A stretch of DNA of 64,000 nt. It comes from Lama guanicoe (Eukaryota). The stretch's first letter is position 1; every line of letters starts with the position of its first letter. Both the position numbers and the translations under genes were made by a program. The notes under the pieces are model-generated. The model ran no database searches. It was not told the origin of the DNA and saw only the letters and a program-made list of their open reading frames with translations. Shown in pieces: positions 52,801 through 64,000 of the stretch. The stretch covers positions 1,984,001 through 2,048,000 of the forward strand of contig MU054212.1 in the NCBI GenBank assembly GCA_013239625.1, in the 5' to 3' direction.

Positions 52801-54417
52801 ATGGGTGTGGGATGGCTTAAGCACCTGATATGCCACGGGACCCACAGAGAGAATTGGGAGGTGGAATGGGGCTGGGGAGGGAAGCCAAGACACTGCCAGG
52901 AAGGAGCGCTGCCTATTTCAGACTTTCTCTGAACATCAACTTAGATGCTTCTGATGGGCAACTGCTAAGTGGGGAAGAGGACGGGCAGCGGGAGGAAGAG
53001 AGCAGGGTTAGAGTGGCCAGCAAAGTATCTGCCCTTCTGTTTTGTAATTACTGGCTTGGGCACTTCTCAATGAACCACTACTTAGGTACCGTTCTAGATT
53101 ACAAGAATATTTTGTCACAAATCTCAGGATCTCTTAAAAACAAGGTAAGAATGGGTTTCATTAAGCCCCAGGACAAAAGTGTACAAATGTACTCAGATTT
53201 AGAAGGTAACTTTAATATCTAAACTCAGTTCTCAATGCCTAATACATAGGAGACACTAATTTCATCCATCCTTCTAACTACTGATTCTCACCATGATCAA
53301 ATTACATTATCATAGTTATTCTGATTGATGAGAATAAAATTCAGGTTAATAAGTTTCTTAACCCATCTGCAAAACTGACAGAACAGGTTATTAGAATATC
53401 AAACTTATGACCGTGATACTATAACTATTTAAAATGTAACAGAGCCAAATTTTTCCATCTAATAAAATAGTTCTATATCCAAAGTGTTTTACTCCTTCCA
53501 GACAGATATCATAGAAGAGCACTGGAATTCTCATCGTTATGATGTGTTTAAGGCAGACACCTGATCCAAGTGGTTTCCAACTTCCTACATTCTTTGGCCT
53601 GAATGACTCCTCTATAATACGAAGCTAATGCCACCTAATTTGTAGGGCTCTGAGGATTAAATGAGAGGATAAGGATATTTATCCCTGCTGTTTTTACTCT
53701 GTCATTTTGTTCCCACATTTTGAATCTAACAATGTTGAAAACAAGCATTTTTAAACAGAACTTTGCCAATACTGATGCGTTTTTATCATTAAGGAATTTT
53801 GAGGAGTGAACCCAACTGAGTTGATTAAATTCCTTCATCAATTTCTTACGCAGCACAAATTACTCCACATCCCCCATTTTCATCCTTATTCCACTGAAAT
53901 TATTTTCTCTAGGATCAACCCATTTTTATTAAAATTATGTTACAATTTGATTCATTTATCAATTTTTGTCCATTTCAAACACATTGTAAGTTTTCTTTTA
54001 AGATCAATGTTCCTACCAAGTTCACTTTGTGTGGCTCAATGGTTGAAGAATTATATTTTGTCAGAAAGATCTCATTCTTCTGTCAATTGTATTCAAAACC
54101 AAATTTTTTGGAGTGCAATTTACACCAGCATCAGGTTTTATTTTTACGCTGATTATTTCTTCTAGTAATTTTCATTATTAATTAAACAAAAGCCTGGAGG
54201 TTCTGTTTATTGGTTAGCTAAATCAAGGGAATGTCTTCACATATTTTGTGAGACAGAGAGTTAAGACAGGAAAAAGGGAGAAGCAGAGGGGAAGCAGCTG
54301 AGGGAAGGAAGGAGGTCGGGGAGGGGACAGAAATACGGACACCGTGAAAAAGAAGAAAATGCAGAGGGAGGAAACAGTGTAGCAGAGTGAAGAGAGGAAG
54401 GAAAACATCTAGAGGCA

Positions 54418-54515
54418 GTACCGGTCTCTCAATTTTGCTGTGAACCTAAAACTGCTCTAAAATGAACAGACTGATAGACAGACTGACAGATAGCTAGATG
54501 ACTAAAAAATAAAGC
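54418..54515 (+). mobile_element. Very short L1MC terminal fragment interrupted by a CAGA-type microsatellite
   Basis: ctctcaattttgctgtgaacctaaaactgctctaaaa matches the tail of the L1 at ~52370-52420. Confidence 0.7.
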
Positions 54516-54772
54516 CTGCAGGTAAAGTCAAAGCATATTCCTGGGGACTGAGCTAACGGAGGCCACGGGTCAACAGGGGCCAAAATAAACAGCTTCACTG
54601 AGACAAAATAGTAGGTTTTATATTATTGGGTTGTTGTTATTATTAAGTTTTCATAGGTTGTCTTCCAAAACTGTGCTGGTAAGCCAATCGCTATTCATAA
54701 CATACATTTTTTAAAAGAATAAAACAAAAATCTAAACTTCAGTTAGCTTCCTCCACCATCCCCATTCCACCA

Positions 54773-54821
54773 TCTCTCTCTCTCTCTCTCTTTCTCTCTC
54801 TCACACACACGCACACACACA
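54773..54821. repeat. Compound (CT)n(CA)n microsatellite
   Basis: tctctctc...tctctcacacacacgcacacacaca seen directly. Confidence 0.9.
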
Positions 54822-55574
54822 GAGCAACTAGCTAACTTCCGCTGTGCTTCACTCTCCTCTTCAAAACACTTGTCTACATGTTGACTTTTGAAAACAACAA
54901 TGTGGGGAGAAACGAGGAGGCCAAAGAAGAAGAAAGAAGAGGATAACTAGATATTCACCTCTCCCTTTCTTGGACCCAGGACTGGCCCCAGGTAGATTTT
55001 ATAATAAATGATGTTATATTGTACTTTCCTACTTTCTCTCCTGAACTGACTTACTGTTACCTAGCTTCTCTCTCTCCCCATGACATCAGAGGCTCATGCC
55101 ACCCTACGACTCCCTTCTAGGATGCTCTATCCAGATTTATTCAGACATCTAGAGTTGTATGTATCAGTCCTCATCCATCAGCCCTTCCCACTCAAATGTT
55201 CAGTCCCTCAGTACAACTGATCTCCAGCTTTGAAAGGAAAGCAATCGGACTAAATCAGTTTCCAATGAATTGTAAATGACTAGCAGCAATTCAGCGCTCT
55301 CAAAGGCACTTAAAAATTACCATGAATCTTAACAAAATTTAAATCCCTCTAACATGTTTTAAAGATTAAGGAGTTAGATGAGAAACTTTGACAGGTAGCT
55401 ACAACAGGAGCAGATTAGGCCTACCAGAAGCATCTCTTACTCCGTTTCTATATACTTAGATGTTTAAAAGGTCAAACTCAAACTTCCGTTTACAATAGTG
55501 AATGTTATCAGTAGAAATAGGAGGGCCTCTGTGATTTCTATGGAGCGAAAGGACCAGTGTGCATCTTGGAGAAG

Positions 55575-55815
55575 CAGCCTGGGATAGGAGTTAAGGGCAT
55601 GGACCCCAGAGGCAGGTTACCTAAATTCCAATCCCAGCTTCACTATTCACCATTTCTGTGACTTTGGACAAGCTACTTAACCTTTGTGTTCCACAGCATC
55701 CTCACCTGTAAAATGGGGGTAATAATAATATTAATAGCTAAATCTGGCTGTTTTAGAAGTGCATCTAGTACTTAGAGCTTGAAACATAGAAAGAGCTATA
55801 TAAATATTAGTTACA
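55575..55815 (+). mobile_element. Near full-length MIR SINE
   Basis: gttaagggcatggaccccagag...atcccagcttcact...tgtgactttggacaagctacttaacctt...cctcacctgtaaaatgggggtaataata...aaatattagtta. Confidence 0.88.
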
Positions 55816-58800
55816 ACTACTTCGTACATATGGATTTTTCACAAATAATAGAAATTTTTAATTAGCTAGGGCTGCTTACTTTAATTTTTAGAAGTTTCAA
55901 TATAAATGGTACACTGTGTAGAGACATTATTGTAAGAAACCTGCCACCTGTCCATATTGGCTAATTTAGGATTGGGTTGACATACTTCCCTATTATTAAT
56001 AATAAAAGTGATAAAGATATTAGGTGGAACCGTAGAACTTCAGAGCAGAACACAGCACAGGTGTCATCCTACAGATAATGAGGTTGAAGGTCAGACAGAG
56101 TAAACAACTCTGCAAGCTCAGAGGCAGAGGTGGAAGATATGAACATGGAACCCACATCTCCTTACCCTCTGCCTTTTTTCACTTCCAAAGAGTCGGGGAA
56201 GGGCCTTCAACCATGATGCAGTTGCCTTGATGCTTCAGCTTCCTTCCTGAGTCTCTACTGTAAGTTATCGATCCTGCAGTGAAGAGATTCCTTTGCTGTC
56301 AAGGAATTCCTGTCTGTGCGGAATGCCAGGAGGCCAGCAAACCCACCAGACATCCCTCAGCAGCGTCAGCAGTCCTGGTGGTAATTTCAGCCTGGTTTAA
56401 GAGAAACTGGGATGCTTTCCTATGTACATGCTGCATGACCAGACAGCAGTCTCTCTTGACTTCTTCGGTCTACCCTAATTCCTCCTGGAGTCAGCTGATT
56501 CTACTGTACTGCCATCTAACTGTGTATCATGGAAATGATTACCATATTGTTGAAGACAATTAAACACATGGCATTTATCAATGGTTAATGGCATATGTAT
56601 ATGAATAAAATTTCATTGACAAAGTATTTTCTCAAAGATTCCATAGGATTGAAAAATGGAGACGCTACCACCACAACAAAAGGCGAAGGAGAGTCTCATT
56701 GGACGAGAAATGGAACAAAGTTCAACTGAGCTGAATCTACTCGTATTTATGATACAGTTGTGGGCAGGTACTTTGAAATAATGAAGAAATACTTGCACAC
56801 TGCCAGACATTCAATGTAAAATTCTTGCGGCATTCTTCACACTTGTTTTCAAAATGAAATAAGATGTTGTGTCTGGTGGATGGGAGAGTTGTCATTTGAA
56901 TATATTTACAGCATCTTAAAGTCTGTTGTGGGACTTACAGTGTGTCTCCTAGATTCCTTCCTCATTGTTGTATATTTAACTTTATGTCTGCCAGGCACGG
57001 CAAGTACCTTAGTATCCTACTGTTCAACCGAGCATTAGAGCACAGAGAAGAAAAAAAAGTTCCAACCCCAAAGGGAAAAAAAAATCAGAAATATAGAAGT
57101 AAAAGAGAAAAACGTACAAACCTTATCTGGGCTTTCATTCAAAACAAATTCTTTATCCAACTTATAAAATATTGCCAAAAAAACTCGCTACGGCACAAAC
57201 ACTCAATCATCAAGGAACTGAAAAATTTACGGTGGATTTCCTGCCGATTTGTGGGGCTACTGGATCCTGCTGTGATAAAACTCGCAAAAGTATGACAGAC
57301 ATTTGACTAAACCTTTCTATCGTGTCACTGAGGTTTTGCAAAGGATGAACTTTAAAATTTCTTCCAATATAGCTTATAGAGCAAAACAGGGGGGGAAAAA
57401 AAGTGAAGCCAAAGATAGCATTAAAAGGGAGACAAATAAGTTTTTTTTTTTTAACTAGCACCTAGACCTCCAGTTGGCTGAGTAGTCCAGATGGACCCAA
57501 ACTTGTGAGAAATGAAAATAAACTCGCAGAATCTTTACACTTTGATTTATAGGCCACCCAGGCAACCATTCATGAAGTCATGGTAGTACTGTGATGCACA
57601 CATTCATTTACTCTTAAGATAACAATGATTATTAAGCAGACAGCTAGAAACACAGCCTACTCTCAAAATAACACATTTTGATTACCAATACCAGGTACAC
57701 GTGATGACAAATCACCACATTCTCCGAGCCAGCTCCCTCCCTCTCTCCTCCCCATCAGCTGAGGGCTCTGCACTGGGGCCAACGGGCCTTCCTGCCAAAC
57801 AAATAATAAGGAAAGGAAGGGGGAACAGGTCACAGGGCTAGACTGACCAGGACTGCCTACACCATGGAGACAGGAAGCTCGGCCTCCAGGGTGACCCTTT
57901 CTGCAGCTGTGCCCTTCCCCCCGACACACGAGCACCAGCACGCGCGGTGATCCATGAAGGCAGTGTGAGGGAAGAGAGAGAAAGGTGATGAGTTGACAGC
58001 ATCCGCTAAAAGACGTCCAGGGAAGCTGCTATTGATGGCGGAGAAGCACAAAGTCTGGCAATCAGCCACCGGCACCATGTGCAAAAAGATCTTCCTTTTA
58101 CGGTCATATATTTTAGGAGCAAAATTTAAAAACAGGTAGCGGACAAACGAGTGAATTTTTTTTGTCTTTGAGTCCCACTGTTCAGGTAAACTTTCCCTCC
58201 ACGATTCCTCGGGGCAGAGATCTGAGCATCAGGGCTGCATCCTCCTTACACTGGAGCCTGGTCCTCACAGCTCTCTGCGCTGTCCTCTCCCCCATTCTCC
58301 CCCCTCCCACCCCAGACAGAAACTGCTACCTCCATGCTCACCCTGCAGACAGAAATATATTAATTGAAGGCATATCAAAATACATCTTATAATGTATAAA
58401 TATAATACCCAATAGACTCCTGAGAGATACACGAAATTAATCCCACTTGTGAGGGCCTTAATATTAGCTCTTTCCTCTTGGGAAGAGTTTAAAATCCCAC
58501 AAAAGCCCTTGATTTATTTCCTTCCTACACAACAGCAACAAACACTCACATAATTTTTGAGCAATGAAAATATCACTTTAATGCTGAATGCACGAGACAG
58601 AGAGAGGGAGAGGCTCCACTCAGGATGGAGACTTGGACAGAGAAGGAAGTGCTTACAGGTCTGCTTTCCCTCAGTGCAGGAACCTAATGCATTAACGCTG
58701 CCTGCTTAGCTCAGGGAGAAGGCAGCTCACTGAAACCGAAATGTGTTTAATACACATTTTACGCTCCACTTGTACACTGCCTCTTCCAAAGCTTCGTTAA

Positions 58801-61800
58801 TACGGATATATATATGTATATCTTTTTTTTTATATTTAAGAAGGCAGTGAAGTCCTATTAACTCAGAGACATTTCATCCATGTTAATTTTACACCCAGAA
58901 AAACACAACGGGTGACTGTTCATCCTAAGCTGAAAGTTCAAGGATTTAGAGATTATCACTAATAATAGGTATAATATAACAATGATATAATATCATTAAT
59001 ATATAATATTACCTATATTTTATCAGAATGTCTGACAAAAGGACTATAAACATTATATGCTTATTCTTAGCAAAAGGCCATCAAGTATTACAATCTTTCC
59101 GCCTACCTTCTTCGTTCCATCATTTAATTTGCTGGCTATAACATAGTATAATTTTCCCATCCAACACCCAGTCAGCTAGTTTTTCATCTGTGGCAGGTAA
59201 GAGAAAGGTTAGGGCAAAACAAAAAGACAAACAAAACCACCTGTATCCAATTTGAGTTTCTAAATTACCTCGTTATTTGTGGGTCACATCAAAGTGGAAC
59301 TCAGAAGCTCCAGTTTCAAGTAAAGTGTGCATAAATCCTCATACAAACACTTGGGTGCCAAAAGGCTTAGAAGAAGAATGCATATGTGTGTCTAAAGTCA
59401 TTTACTTCTCTTTTTGAGGGACACATAGGTACAACATTAGTGTTTTATCAAGTTATTCTGTTTCAACTCAGGCGCAGCGTAACAAAGTGAACATCTGCAC
59501 TACACTTTCATGGCTGAAAAACATCACGTTAAATATAATATCACTGAAGCCACAATTATCTTGAATTAACAATCATTCACGATGACACAGAACAGTAAAG
59601 AGTCAAAGAGGATCAGGCCTTAAAGAGGAGGAAAGAAATAAAGAAGAAAATTAGCATGATTTAACATTCAAAATATTTTTCAAGGATGCCACAATCTTCC
59701 ATTAAAATTAATGTGCTGGTAGATTTCCCTACACCCACAATCCAGTTAAGATAGAAGATCCATCATAGCCAAATTTTGTGACAATGGTAAGTCTTCTTCA
59801 ATCTGTGTGCAAATTGCAAAATAAGGAAAATGTACTTCCTTACCTCCATCATTTGGAAAATGACACCTTTTAAGTCAATAATGCAATACTTAGAGAAAAT
59901 GGTGCCACAGCAAAATATGACAGCAGAGGCAATGCAAATTAGAGCCAAAATGGAGAGAATCACTCTTCAAGTACCCCAAAATGTGAGATTTCCAACATTC
60001 CCTACATCTTGTCTTTTCAATTGCACTTGAAATCTCAGTTCTCTGTGGAGAATCCAAGTTCTTGCATTTGTGATTTTCCGTATTACTTGCTCATCAGCAA
60101 ATGCCTCAGCAAATGACAGAAAAAGAAAGAGGTAAGTATTTCTAACAAAGAGGAGATTCAAGGAAATTAAAACCCCCACTCTTGTACCCATTTTTTCCCT
60201 TGAGGGGTCTGTTCTCATTTCAGTTTGAAGAGATTTGTGCTACTAAGTCCCCTTAATGCCAGTGTAGGTGGTTCTGCCCCTAAACGACCACTGCCCATAA
60301 CTGGAACAGACCACTGCCTGCTTTACCGACCCACAGAGCCCAGCATCGCTGCTGATGAAATTCAAGTCTTGCAACTTCATCCCTTAATTGAGATCCTAGC
60401 AAATGGCAAAAATCCAAGGCCTTTGCTCAGGTTGTTTATCTTTCAATACTTTCAAGACACTTACTGGCTAGAAAAGAAATTGCACTGCGATTTAAAGTGA
60501 AGGCAGTCAGCTGGTTGCTCCTAATTCCTCCTCCTCCTCCTCCTCTTTTTAGATCTCTCTCTCTTCCTCCACTTTTAACAAATAATAAATGACTATAACC
60601 GTGGAGCCTCCACAGACTCGCTCACCACTGTGAACAGTTATTATAATGTGATGTCATAAAACAGGTCATTTTTTACAGTAGGTTGGCTCCAGTTACTTTA
60701 TAACTCAGTTATTTTAATAACTTCTAGTCCTCATTTTCTTTTGCTAAACTTTCAGTCTCTACAAATCTCCAGGAAAAACCACCTGAATCGACGGGAAATT
60801 GGGGGTGGGGGAGCGGATTCAGATTAATGCTCAATCTGAAATCAGATGAAATATATACCAGCTGCTGCGTTACCATAATCAGTCATACCACCCATGGCTT
60901 CTATAATCAAAGTGTCCCTGAGAAGGTACGGAGAACAGTGAGGGAGAAGGAGCGGAAGAGAGAGCAGCATTGTTTATAAAACAAGAACCAACTTTATGTA
61001 AGAGGATTACATCAATCAAAGTTATTATGTAATTAGTTTGGACACACAGACAACTTATAAAAATATACTACAGCATTCTACCATAATGATCTAATGCATT
61101 TCCACATATGTTAGTATAACCACAGCCTTTGGCCCGTGACCAATATACAGTGATTTTTGTGAAAAAGAGCCTTGTCGAGTATTTATTTTTGACCAAGCTC
61201 TGTATGAATGACTTAGAATTCATTCAAAAACAAATGTCTTTTGCTTCTCTTGAACTTAACAGGCAACAAAAAACTTCACAACGGATGGGCAGCAGAATTT
61301 CCTCTTTGATAACCAGCCAGGGAAAAACGTGTTATGCAGAGGGATGGACAACACATCCTTGTATAACAAACACACCTTTCAAACAAAAACAAGGTCACAT
61401 ATGGTTGCGTTGTGCTATTCAGCCAGGGCACTTTTGATTGACATGTATATGAACACTGTGATGTGGAACGTAAATAGAAAATGTTTCAAATCCAAGTGTT
61501 TTAACTTCACATTATGGAAAATAATAAATACTGAATAATGTAATACAAGGTATTTCTATCTTGGGGTTCTAATGACTAACCACTTGAGCTCTGCTTTTGT
61601 GGTTTATAATGTCACCAGAACCCTCCATGGAATTATATATAGAATAAATGATAGGCAATGTTGAATTACAAGGCTATCAGGCTATAATACATAAAGTAAG
61701 TACCTAATATAGCCTTATAAATTATAGGCTTTTATGGGCTAGCATTTTACAGCATAATGTCACAAACTGCAGTGATACAATATATTGATAAAGAACATGA

Positions 61801-63269
61801 TATCACATTAGGTTGCAAGAAAAAATGTCCCTGGCCCTATATTAGAGCCAAATTATTTCACAGAATCACAGGCTCAGAGCTGGAAGGATCCTTAGAGGAC
61901 GTCACACTCAACGCTCCCCCACAGCCACCACCCAAATGCAGACCTCCCTCGTCCCTCCTCCGCAGCCCTGACAGATGGCCGTCCTGCCTCCAACACTCCC
62001 AGCCCTGAAAATAACAGGGGGAAATGCCTCCAATGTATACATGTAATAAAGACACATCATCATTAAGTAACAAACGTAAAGGTTAAACGCCCACATTGTA
62101 GCCGAGTGCACAATACTGTAACGGTTCACACACACACATGCACACACACTTTTACAAACAGACTCTTCATTTTCTACAAGGAGTGACAAGGGATGTCGGA
62201 AGAGGAGCGAGACTTCTTTCTAACATCTCTTTGTGTTTCTTCCTTTTGTCTGCTTCAGATACAGTTATCGCTACCTGATGGGATTTTACACTTATTCAAT
62301 CCCAGACACACACATAGAAGTCCAGTCCAGAACCACACACCTTATGACTGGGCCCTGAGGGACTCCAGGCTGCTTTCAGAGTGAGAGACGCACAAGGAGG
62401 ACTCCCTGGAGCCCGCGCCCAGTGCCCATGCGGCTGCCCGCAGACTGAAAGGGTAACGTACAAAGGCTGACACCAGCCATGCCTGTGTCTGACCAGTTCC
62501 TTTCTGCGTATGATCACTACAAGTAAGAGTCACTCGGATTGACCTACTGAGAACGGAGCTCTCCCAGTCTTTTAGGCATACTTGTTTCAAATTTAGTGGT
62601 TTCAAGGGGTGATCAAGGACAATATAAACCACAAAGCCAATCACCTCGAAACAAGAGAAGAAGCACTCCATCTCTCAAATGCACCCCACCCGTGCTATCC
62701 AGTCCTCAAAGCCTCACTTGCGTACATTCTGAGCAAATCATCCCTGACACCCGCACTGCCCTCATGTTCTACTTCCTGGGTAAGAAATTCCTTTGATATC
62801 CTATCAAGGAACAAGGGACTTAGGGGTGAAGAGGCAAGCCATAGAAGAATTAGCGTTCCACAGCCACTTTCTGCCCATTGCTCTGATGCCGTAAATTGGT
62901 TTGTGTGGCGCTGTATCTGCAGCAAGTTTTTCACCGTCAGATAGGAATAGAGAATAATGAGAAAAACAAGAAGCAGTCTAAAACACGTGTGAGGAAATCA
63001 TTCTCTGTGGAAACCTACTTTGATGTTGTGGTTGCTCCTCTACACAGAGACTAAGCAGACTGTTGACAGGAGGAATGTGCGCATTCCCGGACGCGCAGGG
63101 TGGGCGGGACAACCTCACTTTCTATCTCAAAGCAAAACGCTGGCTCGGATCAGCCTAGCTGGCTCAAATCCCGAGGCCTGAGGTTTGTTCCATAGGAAAT
63201 ATTTTATGGAAATGCAAAATGTGGAAGATACGAAATTGACTACTGACTTACTAGTGACTCTATGTGGTG

Positions 63270-63492
63270 TCAATAGTGGCTAGCATTTTACTGTGCATTT
63301 AGAGTGTGTTCTAAACTGAGCCTGTGCCTGACATGCATAACCTCCATCCCTTCTTAAGGCAGCCCCATGGGAAGGTCCTATTATTAGCACCATTTTGAAG
63401 ATGCGGAAACACAGAGGGGTTAAGCAACTTCCCCAAATCACACAGCTAATTAAAAGGTAGAACTAGAAGTTATGGTCAAGGAATCTGACTTT
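63270..63492 (-). mobile_element. MIR SINE
   Basis: tattattagcaccattttgaagatgcggaaacacagaggggttaagcaacttccccaaatcacacagcta. Confidence 0.85.
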
Positions 63493-64000
63493 TTTTCTAA
63501 TAAACTAATAACATATTTCCTAATAAGTTTTATTAATAATATGTTTCCTAAAAAACTACAATATACAGTTTTATCACTGTAAAAAAAAAAAACTATGTGT
63601 GGCGCACTTTAAGAGGCTTGTGACTGCCCAGTGCAGTCTGAAGTATCTTATCGGGCAGGTGGCTATAATAAAGCATGTGGTCAAAAATAACAGAAGGAAT
63701 CACAGGCGGTACTTAATCAGCATTTATTAGAATCCTGCTGGCCTAAAACTAGCAGAAAAAATCCTCTTGCACCCAAGGTAAAGGTTTTTACCCTTTGTTC
63801 AAACTGGAATTCCATTTTTAAGACTCTTGAAAATAGCCTTTGCACCCTTCCTGAGAGAATAAGCACATTTTGAGGACATCCCTCCTGGCTTTAGGGCCAT
63901 TGAACAATTCTGTCTATGAATCCAAGGGTTCCTGAAAAACAGCAACTCCTCAGCTCCGTGCTAGAATCTGGAAGATAAAATTAAGAACACAGAGAACTGC

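Larger units (their letters stand above)
19112..64000 (-). other. ZNF521: ZNF521 intron upstream of the large exon (partial)
   Basis: Precedes the acceptor. No credible coding exon, N-terminal NuRD-binding motif (MSRRKQ) or promoter CpG island was seen. Confidence 0.8.

Noticed and set aside
63497..63555. Imperfect direct repeat taataa.at.tttcctaa
   Set aside because: Two copies of low-complexity AT-rich sequence at a MIR edge, consistent with slippage.
19300..64000. Numerous 60-150 aa ORFs in the intron
   Set aside because: Lengths are as expected by chance, many use non-ATG starts or overlap repeats, and none resembles a protein I recognise.
1..64000. CRISPR array, operon-like cluster, viral insertion, rRNA/snRNA gene or other novel multi-gene system
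   Set aside because: I saw no regularly spaced repeats, LTR pair, second gene or foreign-composition block. The window is explained as a vertebrate gene interior.

Overview
Mammalian genomic DNA lying entirely inside the ZNF521 gene (EHZF/Evi3), which is transcribed on the minus strand. The only coding feature I can support is one 3,353-nt internal exon (19111->15759, canonical AG/GT ends) encoding 25 C2H2 zinc fingers plus one degenerate finger. The rest is intron: ancient repeats (L1M, L2, MIR, CR1/L3, hAT-type MER5/MER58), microsatellites, and several repeat-free motif-dense blocks that look like developmental enhancers. One young tRNA-derived SINE with target-site duplications resembles the camelid SINE family, so the source is probably a camel or alpaca-type genome. 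I found no evidence for a new biological system. The best second-look items are a PBX-HOX/MEIS motif cluster (34430-34500), a ~95-bp insert in an L1 that partly matches sequence 1.6 kb away, a GC3/CpG-rich sector of the exon, and possible alternative processing of the giant exon. Repeat names come from recalled consensus sequences and their boundaries are approximate (no RepeatMasker run).
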